From positions 4,270-68,269 of the forward strand of contig MHGF01000029.1 in assembly GCA_001805445.1 (NCBI GenBank): 64,000 bases of DNA, written 5' to 3'. Shown piece after piece: positions 50,685-60,394 of the stretch. The position numbers and the translations under genes were made by a program. The notes under the pieces are model-generated. The model worked only from the letters and a program-made list of their open reading frames with translations, ran no database searches and was not told the origin of the DNA. Numbering within the stretch: the first letter of the stretch is position 1; each line of letters opens with the position of its first letter. Origin of the DNA: Omnitrophica WOR_2 bacterium GWF2_43_52 (GTDB taxonomy: Bacteria > Omnitrophota > Gorgyraeia > Gygaellales > UBA12090).

Positions 50685-51634
50685 ATTAAATTTTGGATAT
50701 GGAGGGCTACTTGAAGCGCCTGGCGGCCTTCAAGGCCAGAGACCAAGGGTTTTTGTTTGTGGGCTACACATTCAAGGAAAGAGGAAAGTTCTTTTTTGAG
50801 GGGTTCTTCTTTTTTTATCCAGATGGATTCCTTGGTTATTTTCTGGCTTGGGCTAGAGGAAGCCCAACCATTGCCCTCTGGCTGATCGCCGTCTTTGCGG
50901 TAAATGACAGCTTCTTCGTTCTTATAATCTAATGAAATATAAGTATTGTTTAGGAAAATGCGGATTTTACGTATGGATTCATCAGAGATACGGCTGGCGG
51001 TAAGATTGGTGACGCATCCATTTTTGAAAGTAATTCTCGCGTTGGCAATATCTTCATGTTTGGTAAGTACAGGGATGCCAACTGCTTCTATACGTTTAAT
51101 CGGAGAATGTACTATCCCCAAAACAATGTCAATATCATGGATCATCAGGTCCAGCACCACTCCGATATCAAGGGAACGCCCGGGAAAACCGCTTAAACGG
51201 TGGACTTCGATAAATTTTGGTTCTTTACAGATATGGGTGATCGCGGAGAACGCGGAATTAAACCTTTCGATATGCCCAACCTGCACGGTCAATTTCTTTT
51301 TTTTGGCGAGCTTAAGCAGGCTGTCTGCATCTTTGAGGCTGGTAGTGAATGGTTTTTCTACCAGGACATTGATTCCGGAAAGCAGAAATTCTCTGGCGAT
51401 TGCGTAGTGGCTCACGGTGGGGGTGGCAATGCTTACTGCCTGCACGCGGGAGAAAAGGCCTTTATAGTCAAAAAATGCCTTGGTTTGGAGGGATTCCGCG
51501 ATGCTGAGCGCCTTGGAGTGCTCAGTGTCGCAGACTCCGATGAGGTTTGCCTGAGGCAATTCGCTGTATACGCGCGCGTGGGCTGAACCCAGCCGCCCTA
51601 CGCCAATGACTGCTACGTTGATTTTGGTAGACAT
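50669..51634 (-). CDS. Gfo/Idh/MocA-family NAD(P)-dependent oxidoreductase
   Basis: N-terminal Rossmann motif VAVIGVGRLGSAHARV and an EKP motif. The minus-strand reading frame overlaps the lpxB reading frame. Confidence 0.75.
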   Translation of the reverse strand: MSTKINVAVIGVGRLGSAHARVYSELPQANLIGVCDTEHSKALSIAESLQTKAFFDYKGLFSRVQAVSIATPTVSHYAIAREFLLSGINVLVEKPFTTSLKDADSLLKLAKKKKLTVQVGHIERFNSAFSAITHICKEPKFIEVHRLSGFPGRSLDIGVVLDLMIHDIDIVLGIVHSPIKRIEAVGIPVLTKHEDIANARITFKNGCVTNLTASRISDESIRKIRIFLNNTYISLDYKNEEAVIYRKDGDQPEGNGWASSSPSQKITKESIWIKKEEPLKKELSSFLECVAHKQKPLVSGLEGRQALQVALHIQNLIWKHR

Positions 51635-51711
51635 TAAACCTAATCATAACAAATAGCTTGTGAAAAGTCAATAAGTTTGGTATACTTAAATTTCACTGAA
51701 AACTCTTTTAA

Positions 51712-51803
51712 ACACGAATTCTCACGAATTGCACACAAATTGACACAAATATAGTCTTGAAATCATTCGTGCGTATTCGTGTGTAATTCGTGTCTATTCG
51801 TGC
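51712..51803. repeat. Palindromic array of CACGAAT units followed by ATTCGTG units in the divergent spacer between the oxidoreductase and msbA-like genes
   Basis: acacgaat tctcacgaat tgcacacaaat tgacacaaat ... attcgtgc gtattcgtgt gtaattcgtgt ctattcgtgc. Confidence 0.65.
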
Positions 51804-51833
51804 CTAATATTTCTTAAAACTATATAATTTTCT

Positions 51834-53627
51834 ATGAAAGAATATCGCAGGTTTATCCGGTTTCTAAAACCGCATTCAGGGATTTTAGGCTTGGCAGCGG
51901 TGTTTATGGCTATTTCCAGCCTTTTTGACTGGGTTTCCATTGCCATGCTTGTACCGGTTACCGATAAAGTCTTTAATAACGGTAAGATTGTCTTTCCTGT
52001 TAAACTGCCTGAGGCCGTTGAAGGCTTTGTGGGGAGGATTAACAATATCTCGCAGATAGACTTACTGCATATGCTTATTCTTTTTATTCCTCTTCTTTTC
52101 CTCTTAAAAGGGCTAACCAATTTCCTTTATTCATACTATATGTCTGATATAGGCCAGCTCTGCGTGCGGGATATCCGCAGCCGTTTGTATGAGAAGCTTC
52201 AGAGCTTATCTTTGGAGTATTTTACTAAAAAACGGGCTGGTGAGCTTGTTTCGCGGATTACCAACGATGTGAAACTGGTAGAGAATGCCCTTTCCTATGG
52301 CACTACGGATTTGGTCTACCAGTCATTTTTGATTATCATTTTTGCCTTTACCATATTTTTTATCCATTGGAAATTAGCCCTTCTTTCCTTACTGTTGATT
52401 CCTTTTATCGCTCTTCCTATTACTAAAGTAGGCAGAAAGCTGCGCAAGATCTCCCGTTTTTCCCAGGAAAAGATGGCGGATACTAATTCGCTTTTGGTAG
52501 AGACGATAAGCGGGGTGAGGATTGTGAAGGCTTTTTGTATGGAACCGTATGAAATAGCCAAGTTCAAGAAGCAAAATCACGAGTATTATAAATTGTCCAT
52601 GAAGTCAATAAAGCGTTCGCTGCTCTTAGGCCCGCTCACAGAACTTATCGGAGTTTTCTTCGGGATTTTTATCCTTTCATGGGTGGGTAAAGATGTGATT
52701 TCCGGGAAGCTTTCGTTCGGGGTATTCGGGCTTTATTTAGGCTCGCTTTTTTCCTTGATCCGTCCGCTTAAAAAACTCAGCCAGGTGAATTCTATCAATC
52801 AGCAGGCGCTTGCCGCAAATAGCCGTATTTATGAAGTGCTTGACGCCCCGATAGCCGTTAGGGAGGCGCCGAATGCCTTTGATTTAAGCAGGGTTTCTCA
52901 GCAGATAGAGTTTAAGGATGTTTCTTTTAGATACGAAGAGGCGCAGGTATTAAAACATATCAGTTTTTCGGTTAAAGTGGGGGAAGCGATTGCTATTGCT
53001 GGCCCCAGCGGCGTGGGTAAAAGCACGTTGCTTGATCTGCTGCCCCGTTTTTATGACCCTCAGGAAGGCGTGATTTTAATTGACGGGATTAATAGTAAAA
53101 CTATTTCCCTGAAATCGTTGCGAAATCAGATCGGCATAGTGACGCAGGAGGTTGTGTTATTCAATGATACCGTAAAGGCGAATATCAGCTATGGCCACTT
53201 GGATGTTGATGAGAAGAAAATAGTTGAGGCTTCTCGTATTGCCAATGCCCATGATTTTATTATAAAGCTTCCGGATGGATACGATACGTTTGTGGGAGAC
53301 AGAGGGGTGAAGCTTTCCGGAGGAGAGCGCCAGAGGCTTGCCATTGCCAGGGCATTATTCAAGAATCCTCCGATTCTTTTATTGGATGAAGCAACCAGCC
53401 AGTTAGACAGCGAGTCGGAGCGTTTGGTCCAGGAGGCGCTTAATCAACTGATGCGGGGAAGGACCGTGTTTATGGTAGCCCATAGGCTTTCTACGCTTAA
53501 GAACGCGTCGCAGATTATTGTTTTGGATAAGGGGGCTATTGTGCAGTCGGGCACCCATCAGGATTTACTTGAAAAAGAAGGCCTGTACCGCAGGCTCTGG
53601 GATATGCAAAATTTTAGTAAAATTTGA
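51834..53627 (+). CDS. ABC exporter, MsbA-like (lipid A/lipid flippase family)
   Basis: 597 aa. A six-TM transmembrane domain is followed by Walker A GPSGVGKST, ABC signature LSGGERQR and Walker B ILLLDEATS. Confidence 0.8.
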   Translation: MKEYRRFIRFLKPHSGILGLAAVFMAISSLFDWVSIAMLVPVTDKVFNNGKIVFPVKLPEAVEGFVGRINNISQIDLLHMLILFIPLLFLLKGLTNFLYSYYMSDIGQLCVRDIRSRLYEKLQSLSLEYFTKKRAGELVSRITNDVKLVENALSYGTTDLVYQSFLIIIFAFTIFFIHWKLALLSLLLIPFIALPITKVGRKLRKISRFSQEKMADTNSLLVETISGVRIVKAFCMEPYEIAKFKKQNHEYYKLSMKSIKRSLLLGPLTELIGVFFGIFILSWVGKDVISGKLSFGVFGLYLGSLFSLIRPLKKLSQVNSINQQALAANSRIYEVLDAPIAVREAPNAFDLSRVSQQIEFKDVSFRYEEAQVLKHISFSVKVGEAIAIAGPSGVGKSTLLDLLPRFYDPQEGVILIDGINSKTISLKSLRNQIGIVTQEVVLFNDTVKANISYGHLDVDEKKIVEASRIANAHDFIIKLPDGYDTFVGDRGVKLSGGERQRLAIARALFKNPPILLLDEATSQLDSESERLVQEALNQLMRGRTVFMVAHRLSTLKNASQIIVLDKGAIVQSGTHQDLLEKEGLYRRLWDMQNFSKI

Positions 53628-53874
53628 GTTGCCATATTGCTTTTTTATGGTATAATTTTTTTTTACCTGTAGAGTGTTTAGTTTTTTGATGATGAGTAGT
53701 AATTAATAACATAATACCCTGACAGTTGAGATGCTGTAGCGATCCATTCCTTTGGCTATTACTAGGAATTATGTACGGTAATAGCAGATAAAAAGGTTTG
53801 GCAGTGGGTTTTTAACCTCTATTAGATATTAGAAGTTTTTCTAAAGAGCGTGGCATTAAAGGAGGAGAATACAA

Positions 53875-54783
53875 TTGGCAGAAGAGTTAGTTAAGCAGTT
53901 ACTTGAAGCAGGGGTGCATTTTGGGCACCAGACAAAGCGCTGGAATCCTAAAATGGCGCCTTTTATTTTTGGAGAGCGCAACAATATCTACATTATAAAC
54001 CTTGAGAAAACAGTAGAGTATTTGCAGCGGGCTCGGGAGTTTCTAAAGGATTTAGCCAGAAAAGGCGAGATTGTGCTCTTTGTCGGCACGAAGAAGCAGG
54101 CCCAGGACATTATTGCCGAGCAGGCGAAAGCATGCGGAATGTATTATGTCCCTCATCGTTGGTTGGGCGGGCTTCTGACCAATTTTAAGACGATCGAGAA
54201 GTCAATCAACAGGCTCAAGGATATCGAGAAAATGAAAGAAGACGGCCGCATGAATAGCTACATCAAGAAAGAAGTGAGCATGCTGCTTAAAGAGCAAGAG
54301 AAGCTGGAAAAGAATCTTGGGGGCATTAAGGATATGGAACGCCTGCCGTCTGCTTTATTTGTTATTGATTCCAAAAAGGAATCGTTGGCAGTCGCTGAAG
54401 CGCGGAAATTGGGTATTCCTATTATTGGGCTTATTGATACCAATTGTAATCCTGATCTCATTGATTATCCTATCCCGGGTAACGATGACGCGATTAAATC
54501 AATCCGCCTTGTCACGACTCTCATCGCGGAATCTATCGCCGAAGGCAGAAAAGGATTCCTTGAGTATTTGGCACAGGTGAATATAAAAGCTCAGGCCGAT
54601 GAGGCAGCGATAGAAAGTCAAACAATAACCTTCGGCGAAGATGGAAACGTAAAAGAAGAAATTATCGCGTTAGCCGAAGAAGTCGTAGGCGTTGACAAGG
54701 AAGAAGCCGGTAAAAGGCCCCTGAAAGCGAAGCCCATAGATGCCGCAGCCGACCAAAGGGCAAAGAGGAAGGGTAAAAAATAA
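53875..54783 (+). CDS. rpsB: 30S ribosomal protein S2
   Basis: TTG start with GGAGGAG 8 nt upstream. Conserved [18 protein letters not shown]. Confidence 0.9.
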   Translation: MAEELVKQLLEAGVHFGHQTKRWNPKMAPFIFGERNNIYIINLEKTVEYLQRAREFLKDLARKGEIVLFVGTKKQAQDIIAEQAKACGMYYVPHRWLGGLLTNFKTIEKSINRLKDIEKMKEDGRMNSYIKKEVSMLLKEQEKLEKNLGGIKDMERLPSALFVIDSKKESLAVAEARKLGIPIIGLIDTNCNPDLIDYPIPGNDDAIKSIRLVTTLIAESIAEGRKGFLEYLAQVNIKAQADEAAIESQTITFGEDGNVKEEIIALAEEVVGVDKEEAGKRPLKAKPIDAAADQRAKRKGKK

Positions 54784-54936
54784 GCTGTTTTAGAATCAGA
54801 AGAGCCTTTTCGCGGATATGAGGCATGAAAGGCATGCTTCATGAGAAAACTACCGGATTTTCTGACTAAGGTAAGCGCGGGTTTAAGAAGAGATAATGAT
54901 AGTCGAAGCTATAGACGTTAGAGGTGAGGAGGTTTC

Positions 54937-55467
54937 ATGGGAATACATGGTTCTTTAGAATTAATCAAGCAATTGCGCGAAACTACTTCCTTGGGAGTGT
55001 CTGATTGCAGAAAGGCTTTGTACGAAGCAAAAGGAGATGTCACTAAAGCAAAAGATATTTTAATGAAGCGAGGCCTCGAGATCGCTGCTAAAAAATCCGA
55101 TCGGATAGCCAAGGCAGGCAGAATCGCGAGCTACATCCATCATGATAATAAAACCGGGGTTCTGGTTGAGGTAAATTCAGAGACTGATTTTGTGGCGCGC
55201 AATGAAGAGTTTATCAAGTTTTCCAGTGATGTGGCTCTGCATGTGGCAGCAATGAAGCCTCGCTATGTTAAGAGGGAAGATGTTCCGCAGGAAACGGTGA
55301 AGGAGCAGGCTGATGGAGAGGCTTTTTGTAAAGAGGCCTGCCTCTTGGAGCAGCCGTTTGTGAAGAATCCTTCTCTTACCATCAAGGAGTATCTTAATTC
55401 AATCATTGCTAAGGTGGGGGAAAATGTAATTATCCGGCGTTTTACGCGTTTTCAGATCGGAGAATAA
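54937..55467 (+). CDS. tsf: Elongation factor Ts (short form)
   Basis: N-terminal UBA-like LRETTSLGVSDCRKALYEAKGDVTKA. rpsB-tsf-pyrH-frr synteny. Confidence 0.8.
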   Translation: MGIHGSLELIKQLRETTSLGVSDCRKALYEAKGDVTKAKDILMKRGLEIAAKKSDRIAKAGRIASYIHHDNKTGVLVEVNSETDFVARNEEFIKFSSDVALHVAAMKPRYVKREDVPQETVKEQADGEAFCKEACLLEQPFVKNPSLTIKEYLNSIIAKVGENVIIRRFTRFQIGE

Positions 55468-55572
55468 AAATTCTGGCATATCCTTGAGCGTAATCATTCA
55501 ATGAATCAAGGATAATACTCTCCACTCTTTGCTGTAGGATACATAAGACAATAAACCTTTGTAACGGATACA

Positions 55573-56298
55573 ATGATCAAAAAGCCTGTTTATAAACGTG
55601 TGGTCCTGAAACTAAGCGGCGAAGCCTTGCAGGGCGCGCATCGCCACGGTATAGACCAGAAGACGCTTTTCTCCATTGCGACGCAAATAAAAGAAATTAA
55701 ACAGCTAGGGATTGAAGTCGCCCTTGTGCTGGGCGGCGGCAACATATTCCGGGGACAGGAAAATGTAGAGGCTAAGGGCCTTGATATGGACCGTTCGGTA
55801 GCCGATTATATGGGAATGTTGGCAACAGTGATCAACGGCATGGCGCTTCAAGACGCATTGGAAAAAATAGGCGTGGCTACTCGAATTATGACCGCTATAG
55901 AAATCAGGCAGGTCGCGGAATCCTATATCAGGCGGCGGGCCATGCGCCACTTAGAAAAGGGGAGAGTCGTCATTTTTGTAGCAGGGACGGGAAATCCTTA
56001 TTTCACTACCGATACCACAGCGGCATTAAGGGCAAAAGAAATTAATGCCCAGGTTGTATTAAAGGCAACGAAGGTCGATGGAGTATACGCGGCAGATCCC
56101 TTTAAAGTCAAGGGGGCCAAGAGGTTTTCCGAACTTAAGTATATTGATGTGGTAAGAAAGGGCTTGCGGGTAATAGATTCGACAGCTGTTACGTTGTGTA
56201 TGGAAAATAAACTTCCTATTATAATTTTTGATATGACCAAGGAAGGGAATATCCACAAGGTAATAATGGGCGAGAAAATAGGGACGATTATCCAGTAA
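55573..56298 (+). CDS. pyrH: UMP kinase
   Basis: [19 protein letters not shown] and a conserved C-terminus. Confidence 0.9.
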   Translation: MIKKPVYKRVVLKLSGEALQGAHRHGIDQKTLFSIATQIKEIKQLGIEVALVLGGGNIFRGQENVEAKGLDMDRSVADYMGMLATVINGMALQDALEKIGVATRIMTAIEIRQVAESYIRRRAMRHLEKGRVVIFVAGTGNPYFTTDTTAALRAKEINAQVVLKATKVDGVYAADPFKVKGAKRFSELKYIDVVRKGLRVIDSTAVTLCMENKLPIIIFDMTKEGNIHKVIMGEKIGTIIQ

Positions 56299-56299
56299 A

Positions 56300-56420
56300 A
56301 AGGCGGATATTAGGTAATCGGGTGATTGGGATTTGGGTGTCAGGGAATTGGGGATTAGGGACAGAAACCCCCCAATATCCAAATCCCGATACCCTGATTT
56401 CCCGGTCGCCGCATTTAAAT
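56300..56420. repeat. Palindromic array of ATCGGG/TCAGGG units followed by CCCGAT/CCTGAT units, upstream of frr
   Basis: aatcgggtg attggga tttgggtg tcaggga attgggg attaggg ... ccccccaat atccaaat cccgat accctgat ttccc. Confidence 0.6.
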
Positions 56421-56459
56421 ATTATTGATAACATAGAGCAGCAGGATAGAGAGGTAAAT

Positions 56460-57020
56460 ATGGCAGTAAAAGACATAATAAAAGACGCGGATGAAAAGAT
56501 GAAGAAGGCTCTCGAGGCGATGCAGAGAGAATTTTCGGAAATTAGTACCGGGAGGGCAAACCCTCATATGGTAGAGGGCTTGCGTGTTGAGTGTTACGGC
56601 TCTCCGATGCTTTTAAAGCAATTAGCATCGATTAGTGTTCCCGACGCGCGGACACTATTGATTCAGCCCTGGGATACCACAGTCATTCCGGAAATAGAGA
56701 AGGCAATTTTGAAATCAAACCTTGGGGTTAGCCCGGTTAATGATAAGAAAGTGGTAAGGCTTGCAATCCCGCAACTTTCTAAAGACAGGCGCGATGAGCT
56801 GGCCAAAGTGGTAAAGAAAATGGCAGAAGAAGGAAGAATCTCCTTGCGGACTATTCGCCGAGACATGAAAGAAGCTATTGATAAGCTGGAGAAGGATAAA
56901 CGTATTTCAGAAGATGATAAATTCAAAGGCCATGACAGTTTGCAGAAAGTGATGGATTCTCACATAGAGAGAGTTGATCAGATATTGGCAGCAAAAGAAA
57001 AAGAATTGGCCGAATTCTAA
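56460..57020 (+). CDS. frr: Ribosome recycling factor
   Basis: MAVKDIIKDADEKMKKALE is a canonical Frr start. The tracked ORF is extended upstream in frame. Confidence 0.9.
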   Translation: MAVKDIIKDADEKMKKALEAMQREFSEISTGRANPHMVEGLRVECYGSPMLLKQLASISVPDARTLLIQPWDTTVIPEIEKAILKSNLGVSPVNDKKVVRLAIPQLSKDRRDELAKVVKKMAEEGRISLRTIRRDMKEAIDKLEKDKRISEDDKFKGHDSLQKVMDSHIERVDQILAAKEKELAEF

Positions 57021-57021
57021 A

Positions 57022-57117
57022 ACACGAATTATCACGAATGAAAAGCCGAATTAACACGAATAAAAACCATGCGGTTAATTCGTGTTATTTTGATTCAAAT
57101 TCGTGTAAATTCGTGTT
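57022..57117. repeat. Palindromic array of CACGAAT units followed by ATTCGTG units between frr and tRNA-Lys
   Basis: acacgaat tatcacgaat gaaaagccgaat taacacgaat ... attcgtgt tattttgattcaa attcgtgt aa attcgtgt. Confidence 0.65.
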
Positions 57118-57120
57118 TAT

Positions 57121-57193
57121 GGGCCGCTAGCTCATCAGGTAGAGCATCGGCTTTTTAAGCCGAGTGTGCCGTGTTCGAGTCACGGGCGGCTCA
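57121..57193 (+). tRNA. tRNA-Lys (anticodon TTT)
   Basis: Manual fold: acceptor GGGCCGC/GCGGCTC, D-arm GCTC..GAGC, anticodon stem TCGGC/GCCGA with loop TTTTTAA, T-arm CCGTG-TTCGAGT-CACGG. Confidence 0.85.
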
Positions 57194-57196
57194 TTT

Positions 57197-57399
57197 TTAT
57201 AATTTCGCAGGTGACGTAGAACACAAGGGGGTTGAGGGGGAAGCATTTCCCCCTCGCTTTCGGGGTAACAGTCCGCCACGATTTTTGGCGGACGCCATAG
57301 GGGCAGTGGTTCGATTTTGCTTACCATCCTTCGAATCATCCTGAGCGAAGTCGAAGGAAGCCTCTTTGGATAGTGTTCGAGTCACGGGCGGCTCATTTT
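57197..57399 (+). other. 177-nt structured insert bounded by a 26-bp direct duplication of the tRNA-Lys 3' end
   Basis: gtgttcgagtcacgggcggctcattt occurs at 57171-57196 and again at 57374-57399. The insert contains hairpins GGGGGAAGCATTTCCCCC, TCCGCC-N9-GGCGGA and CCTTCGA-N16-TCGAAGG. Confidence 0.5.
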
Positions 57400-57495
57400 A
57401 AGTGTAAAGTGTGTAAGTGTAAAGTGTGTAAGTGGGATGAGTGTGTATGAGATTCACGAAACTTTACACTTACGCACGTACACACTTTTTGTCTG
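57400..57495. repeat. Palindromic array with AGTGTAAAGTGTGTA units (two direct copies followed by inverted copies) plus a T-run
   Basis: agtgtaaagtgtgta agtgtaaagtgtgta agtg ... actttacacttacgcacgtacacact ttttt. Confidence 0.5.
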
Positions 57496-57504
57496 CCTTA
57501 CCGA

Positions 57505-57586
57505 GGGCGGATGGCGGAATTGGCATACGCGATAGCCTTAGGAGCTATTGGGGAAACCCTTGGAGGTTCAAATCCTCTTCCGCCCA
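57505..57586 (+). tRNA. tRNA-Leu (anticodon TAG), long variable arm
   Basis: Manual fold: acceptor GGGCGGA/TCCGCCC, anticodon stem ATAGC/GCTAT with loop CTTAGGA, variable arm GGGGAAACCC, T-arm GGAGG-TTCAAAT-CCTCT. Confidence 0.8.
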
Positions 57587-57689
57587 GTACATCAGAACTA
57601 AGAGCTAAGAATTTAGTTTGTAGCCACAGGTGGCTTTTTAACAATATCCTGCCTTCGGCAGGATAATTGTTGTAAGCAAACATAGCCGA

Positions 57690-57810
57690 TTGTTAAAAAG
57701 CCAAAGGGGTGCGGGGAAGGAATTTTCCCCGCGCTGTTGGGGTGACAGCCCTAACGTAACTTCGGGGCGCCATAGGGGCGAAGCCCCTATGGGGAGTGAA
57801 CGTCCGTCAA
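57690..57810 (+). ncRNA. Candidate structured RNA element, paralogous to part of the 57197-57372 insert, with RNase P RNA S-domain-like motifs
   Basis: AAAGGGGUGCGG...CCCCGCGC, GGGGUGACAG, CGCCAUAGGGGC-GAA-GCCCCUAUGG. It aligns with the earlier insert over GGGGTAACAG ... CGCCATAGGGGC. Confidence 0.35.
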
Positions 57811-57886
57811 TAGGAGATAAGTTTTTGATAAGGCAAAAAGCTTTATTTGTTTACTTGCTAGCCTTGAATAGTCTATAGTGAACGAC

Positions 57887-57959
57887 GCGGGAGTAGCTCA
57901 GTTGGTAGAGCGCAACCTTGCCAAGGTTGATGTCACGGGTTCGAATCCCGCCTCCCGCT
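57887..57959 (+). tRNA. tRNA-Gly (anticodon GCC)
   Basis: GCGGGAGTAGCTCAGTTGGTAGAGC...CCTTGCCAAGG...TTCGAAT...CTCCCGC. Close to the canonical tRNA-Gly(GCC). Confidence 0.85.
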
Positions 57960-58154
57960 TATTTACCCCAGTAGAGAAAGCCACCGAATTTATTCGGTGG
58001 TCATCACCTTATAAAGTCGACGGTGGTTTAATGCCACCGTTGGCGCGGACCGTTAGAGAACGTAATTCTCTAACGGGGTTTACTTTAGCGTGGAAGTTTT
58101 CATTGTATTTTTAGTTTAACAAGTTGTTGCTATCGGTATTGTGTTGAAGGAGGA

Positions 58155-58634
58155 ATGACTCGTATGAAAATTATAGAGTTTCTGTCGAAAGACGCAATGA
58201 GCGCAGATATTAAAGCAACCAAAAAGGAGGATGTGCTCAAGGAAATGGTTGATTTGCTTGTCTCTGCCCAAGCGATCGATAAAAAATGCCGCAATAAACT
58301 TGTCGAGCAGCTTATGGCAAGAGAAGCGTTAGGTTCAACCGCGATTGGACAGGGAGTAGGAATACCCCATACTAAATCGGATTGCGTCAATAAGCTTACT
58401 GCTGCCTTTAGCCTGTCGCAAAAGGGCGTTGATTTTGATTCCCTTGACGGAGAGAAAGTGTATATCTTTTTCCTGCTTATTGCCCCTATAGATTCCGCGG
58501 GCCCTCATTTAAAGGCCTTGGCCAGGATTTCCCGTCTTCTTAAAGACAAATATTTCCGTGACAGCCTTAAGGAATGTAAAGATGAAAAGGCTATTTTTAA
58601 AATCATCATTCAGGAGGATGAAAAAAGAGTATAG
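58155..58634 (+). CDS. ptsN: PTS EIIA-Ntr-type regulatory protein (PtsN-like)
   Basis: EIIA fructose/Ntr family, with the active-site His context GQGVGIPH. Confidence 0.7.
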   Translation: MTRMKIIEFLSKDAMSADIKATKKEDVLKEMVDLLVSAQAIDKKCRNKLVEQLMAREALGSTAIGQGVGIPHTKSDCVNKLTAAFSLSQKGVDFDSLDGEKVYIFFLLIAPIDSAGPHLKALARISRLLKDKYFRDSLKECKDEKAIFKIIIQEDEKRV

Positions 58635-58710
58635 CCCTCTAGGTGTTTTTAGATGAGCCATTGGCGGTTGTGGCAGGAAAAGAGATTCATTATGGCAGCG
58701 AAGCTATGCT

Positions 58711-59970
58711 TTGTTGGTACGAATGAAGAATAATTCAAATATATTCTTTAAGGTAATAAAGTGGCTTTATCCTGGAATGAGGGTAAAACGATGGATTGCC
58801 TTGCTTACCCTTGCGGTAGTACTGATTACTTTTGGCAGCGCCCGCCTTTTGGTTGAGCCGAGTGTCTTTTACCGCGCGTTTTATATTTTAGCGATATTTA
58901 CCGGTGTGTTCTTAGGCATTCTTGGCTTACGTAATATCCTTGGCTCGTTTATTAATGTCTTTATACCGCCCGGTGAAAGAGAAATCGTAGATATGATCTA
59001 CCGCAAGCGTTATCTCGAGAAAGGGCCGCGGATTGTTGCTATCGGAGGAGGCACAGGGTTATCAGCATTACTCTACGGACTCAAGGAGTATACTTCTAAT
59101 ATTTCGGCAGTAGTTACCGTGGCTGATGATGGCGGTTCTTCAGGAAGGATACGGCAGGAATTCGATATCCTTCCACCCGGGGATATACGCAATTGCCTTG
59201 TGGCGCTAGCGGATGCGCCGAGTTTGATGCAGGATTTATTCCAATTCCGGTTTGATACCTCAAGTGAATTGTCCGGGCACAGTTTTGGGAATTTATTTAT
59301 TACCGTTATGACGAAACTCACCGGTGATTTTGAGAAAGCGGTTAAGGAATCAAGCAAGGTCCTGGCGATACGCGGCCAGGTAATACCATCAACGTTAAAT
59401 AAGGTATCGTTGGTTGCCCGCTACAGAGATGGTACAACTACCGAGGGAGAGGCCTCAATACCGAAAAAAAAACAGCCTATCGCGAAGATATCATTAAAAC
59501 CTCAGGATGCTATTGCTACTCCTGAGGCCCTCAAGGCAATTTCCGAGGCACAGGCTATTATCCTTGGGCCGGGGAGTTTATATACGAGCGTTATTCCGAA
59601 TCTTTTGATTAAGGAAATCAGAGACGCGGTTACCGCCAGCAGCGCCTTAAAAATATATATATGCAACGTCATGACACAGCTCGGAGAAACTGAAGGCTAT
59701 AGTGCTTTTGACCATATCAAGGCGGTCATCGACCATAGTTCTCCCAAGATCATTGATTACTGCGTTGTGAATGTTACCCACATAGCCAAGGAGTTATTGG
59801 ATAGATATAGCCATGAATATTCATATCCTGTAGTTGTTGATATGGAAAAGATACGGCATGCCGGCTATAGGGTTATCGAGGCGGACATCATCAACGCGAA
59901 AGATTATGTGCGCCATGATTCGGGGAAGCTCGCGCGTATTATTAGCGATTTGATTCAAGAAAACTTTTAA
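58711..59970 (+). CDS. YvcK/UPF0052 (CofD-like) gluconeogenesis-factor-family protein with N-terminal TM extension
   Basis: IVAIGGGTGLSALLYGLKEYTSNISAVVTVADDGGSSGRIR. Confidence 0.8.
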   Translation: MLVRMKNNSNIFFKVIKWLYPGMRVKRWIALLTLAVVLITFGSARLLVEPSVFYRAFYILAIFTGVFLGILGLRNILGSFINVFIPPGEREIVDMIYRKRYLEKGPRIVAIGGGTGLSALLYGLKEYTSNISAVVTVADDGGSSGRIRQEFDILPPGDIRNCLVALADAPSLMQDLFQFRFDTSSELSGHSFGNLFITVMTKLTGDFEKAVKESSKVLAIRGQVIPSTLNKVSLVARYRDGTTTEGEASIPKKKQPIAKISLKPQDAIATPEALKAISEAQAIILGPGSLYTSVIPNLLIKEIRDAVTASSALKIYICNVMTQLGETEGYSAFDHIKAVIDHSSPKIIDYCVVNVTHIAKELLDRYSHEYSYPVVVDMEKIRHAGYRVIEADIINAKDYVRHDSGKLARIISDLIQENF

Positions 59971-60049
59971 AAATAGTTTTCAGCCGAAGGCTGATAGCTT
60001 GCGCCGTAGGCGCATCCGCCTGCGGCGGAGATAACTGATAGCTAAAGAA

Positions 60050-60394
60050 ATGCATACTGTAAAAAAGAAAATAATAGTGAAAAACAAGCTCGGCCTTCAT
60101 GCCCGGCCGGCTGCTTTGTTTGTGCAAATCGCGAATAAATTTGAAGCTGATGTTAAGGTTACCAAGGATGATATGGAAGTTAATGGTAAGTCCATCATGG
60201 GAATATTGATGCTTGCGGCAGAAAAGGATAGCACTATCACTATTGTAACTACAGGAAAAGATGCTCATGAGGCAATGGCTGAGCTTGAGAAAATGGCAGG
60301 GACCGATGATATGGAGCAGATGCTTAAACCTGTCAATCCAGTGCCGGCAGAGAGAAATCCATCAAAACATGGTGAAAAGAAGGCGAAGAAATGA
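60050..60394 (+). CDS. ptsH: Phosphocarrier protein HPr
   Basis: Active-site His in GLHARPAALFV. Overlaps the ptsI start. Confidence 0.8.
   Translation: MHTVKKKIIVKNKLGLHARPAALFVQIANKFEADVKVTKDDMEVNGKSIMGILMLAAEKDSTITIVTTGKDAHEAMAELEKMAGTDDMEQMLKPVNPVPAERNPSKHGEKKAKK

Noticed and set aside
57197-57880. A full-length canonical RNase P RNA or tmRNA between the tRNA genes
   Set aside because: I could not find the P4 strands of RNase P RNA. I also could not find the tRNA-like ends or tag reading frame of tmRNA. Only S-domain-like motifs are present, so I report them as candidate elements and not as rnpB or ssrA.
57498-58114. Small ORFs 57498-57683 (minus strand) and 57690-57878 and 57878-58114 (plus strand) overlapping the tRNA-Leu and tRNA-Gly genes
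   Set aside because: They overlap well-formed tRNA genes and structured non-coding sequence. They are almost certainly not coding.
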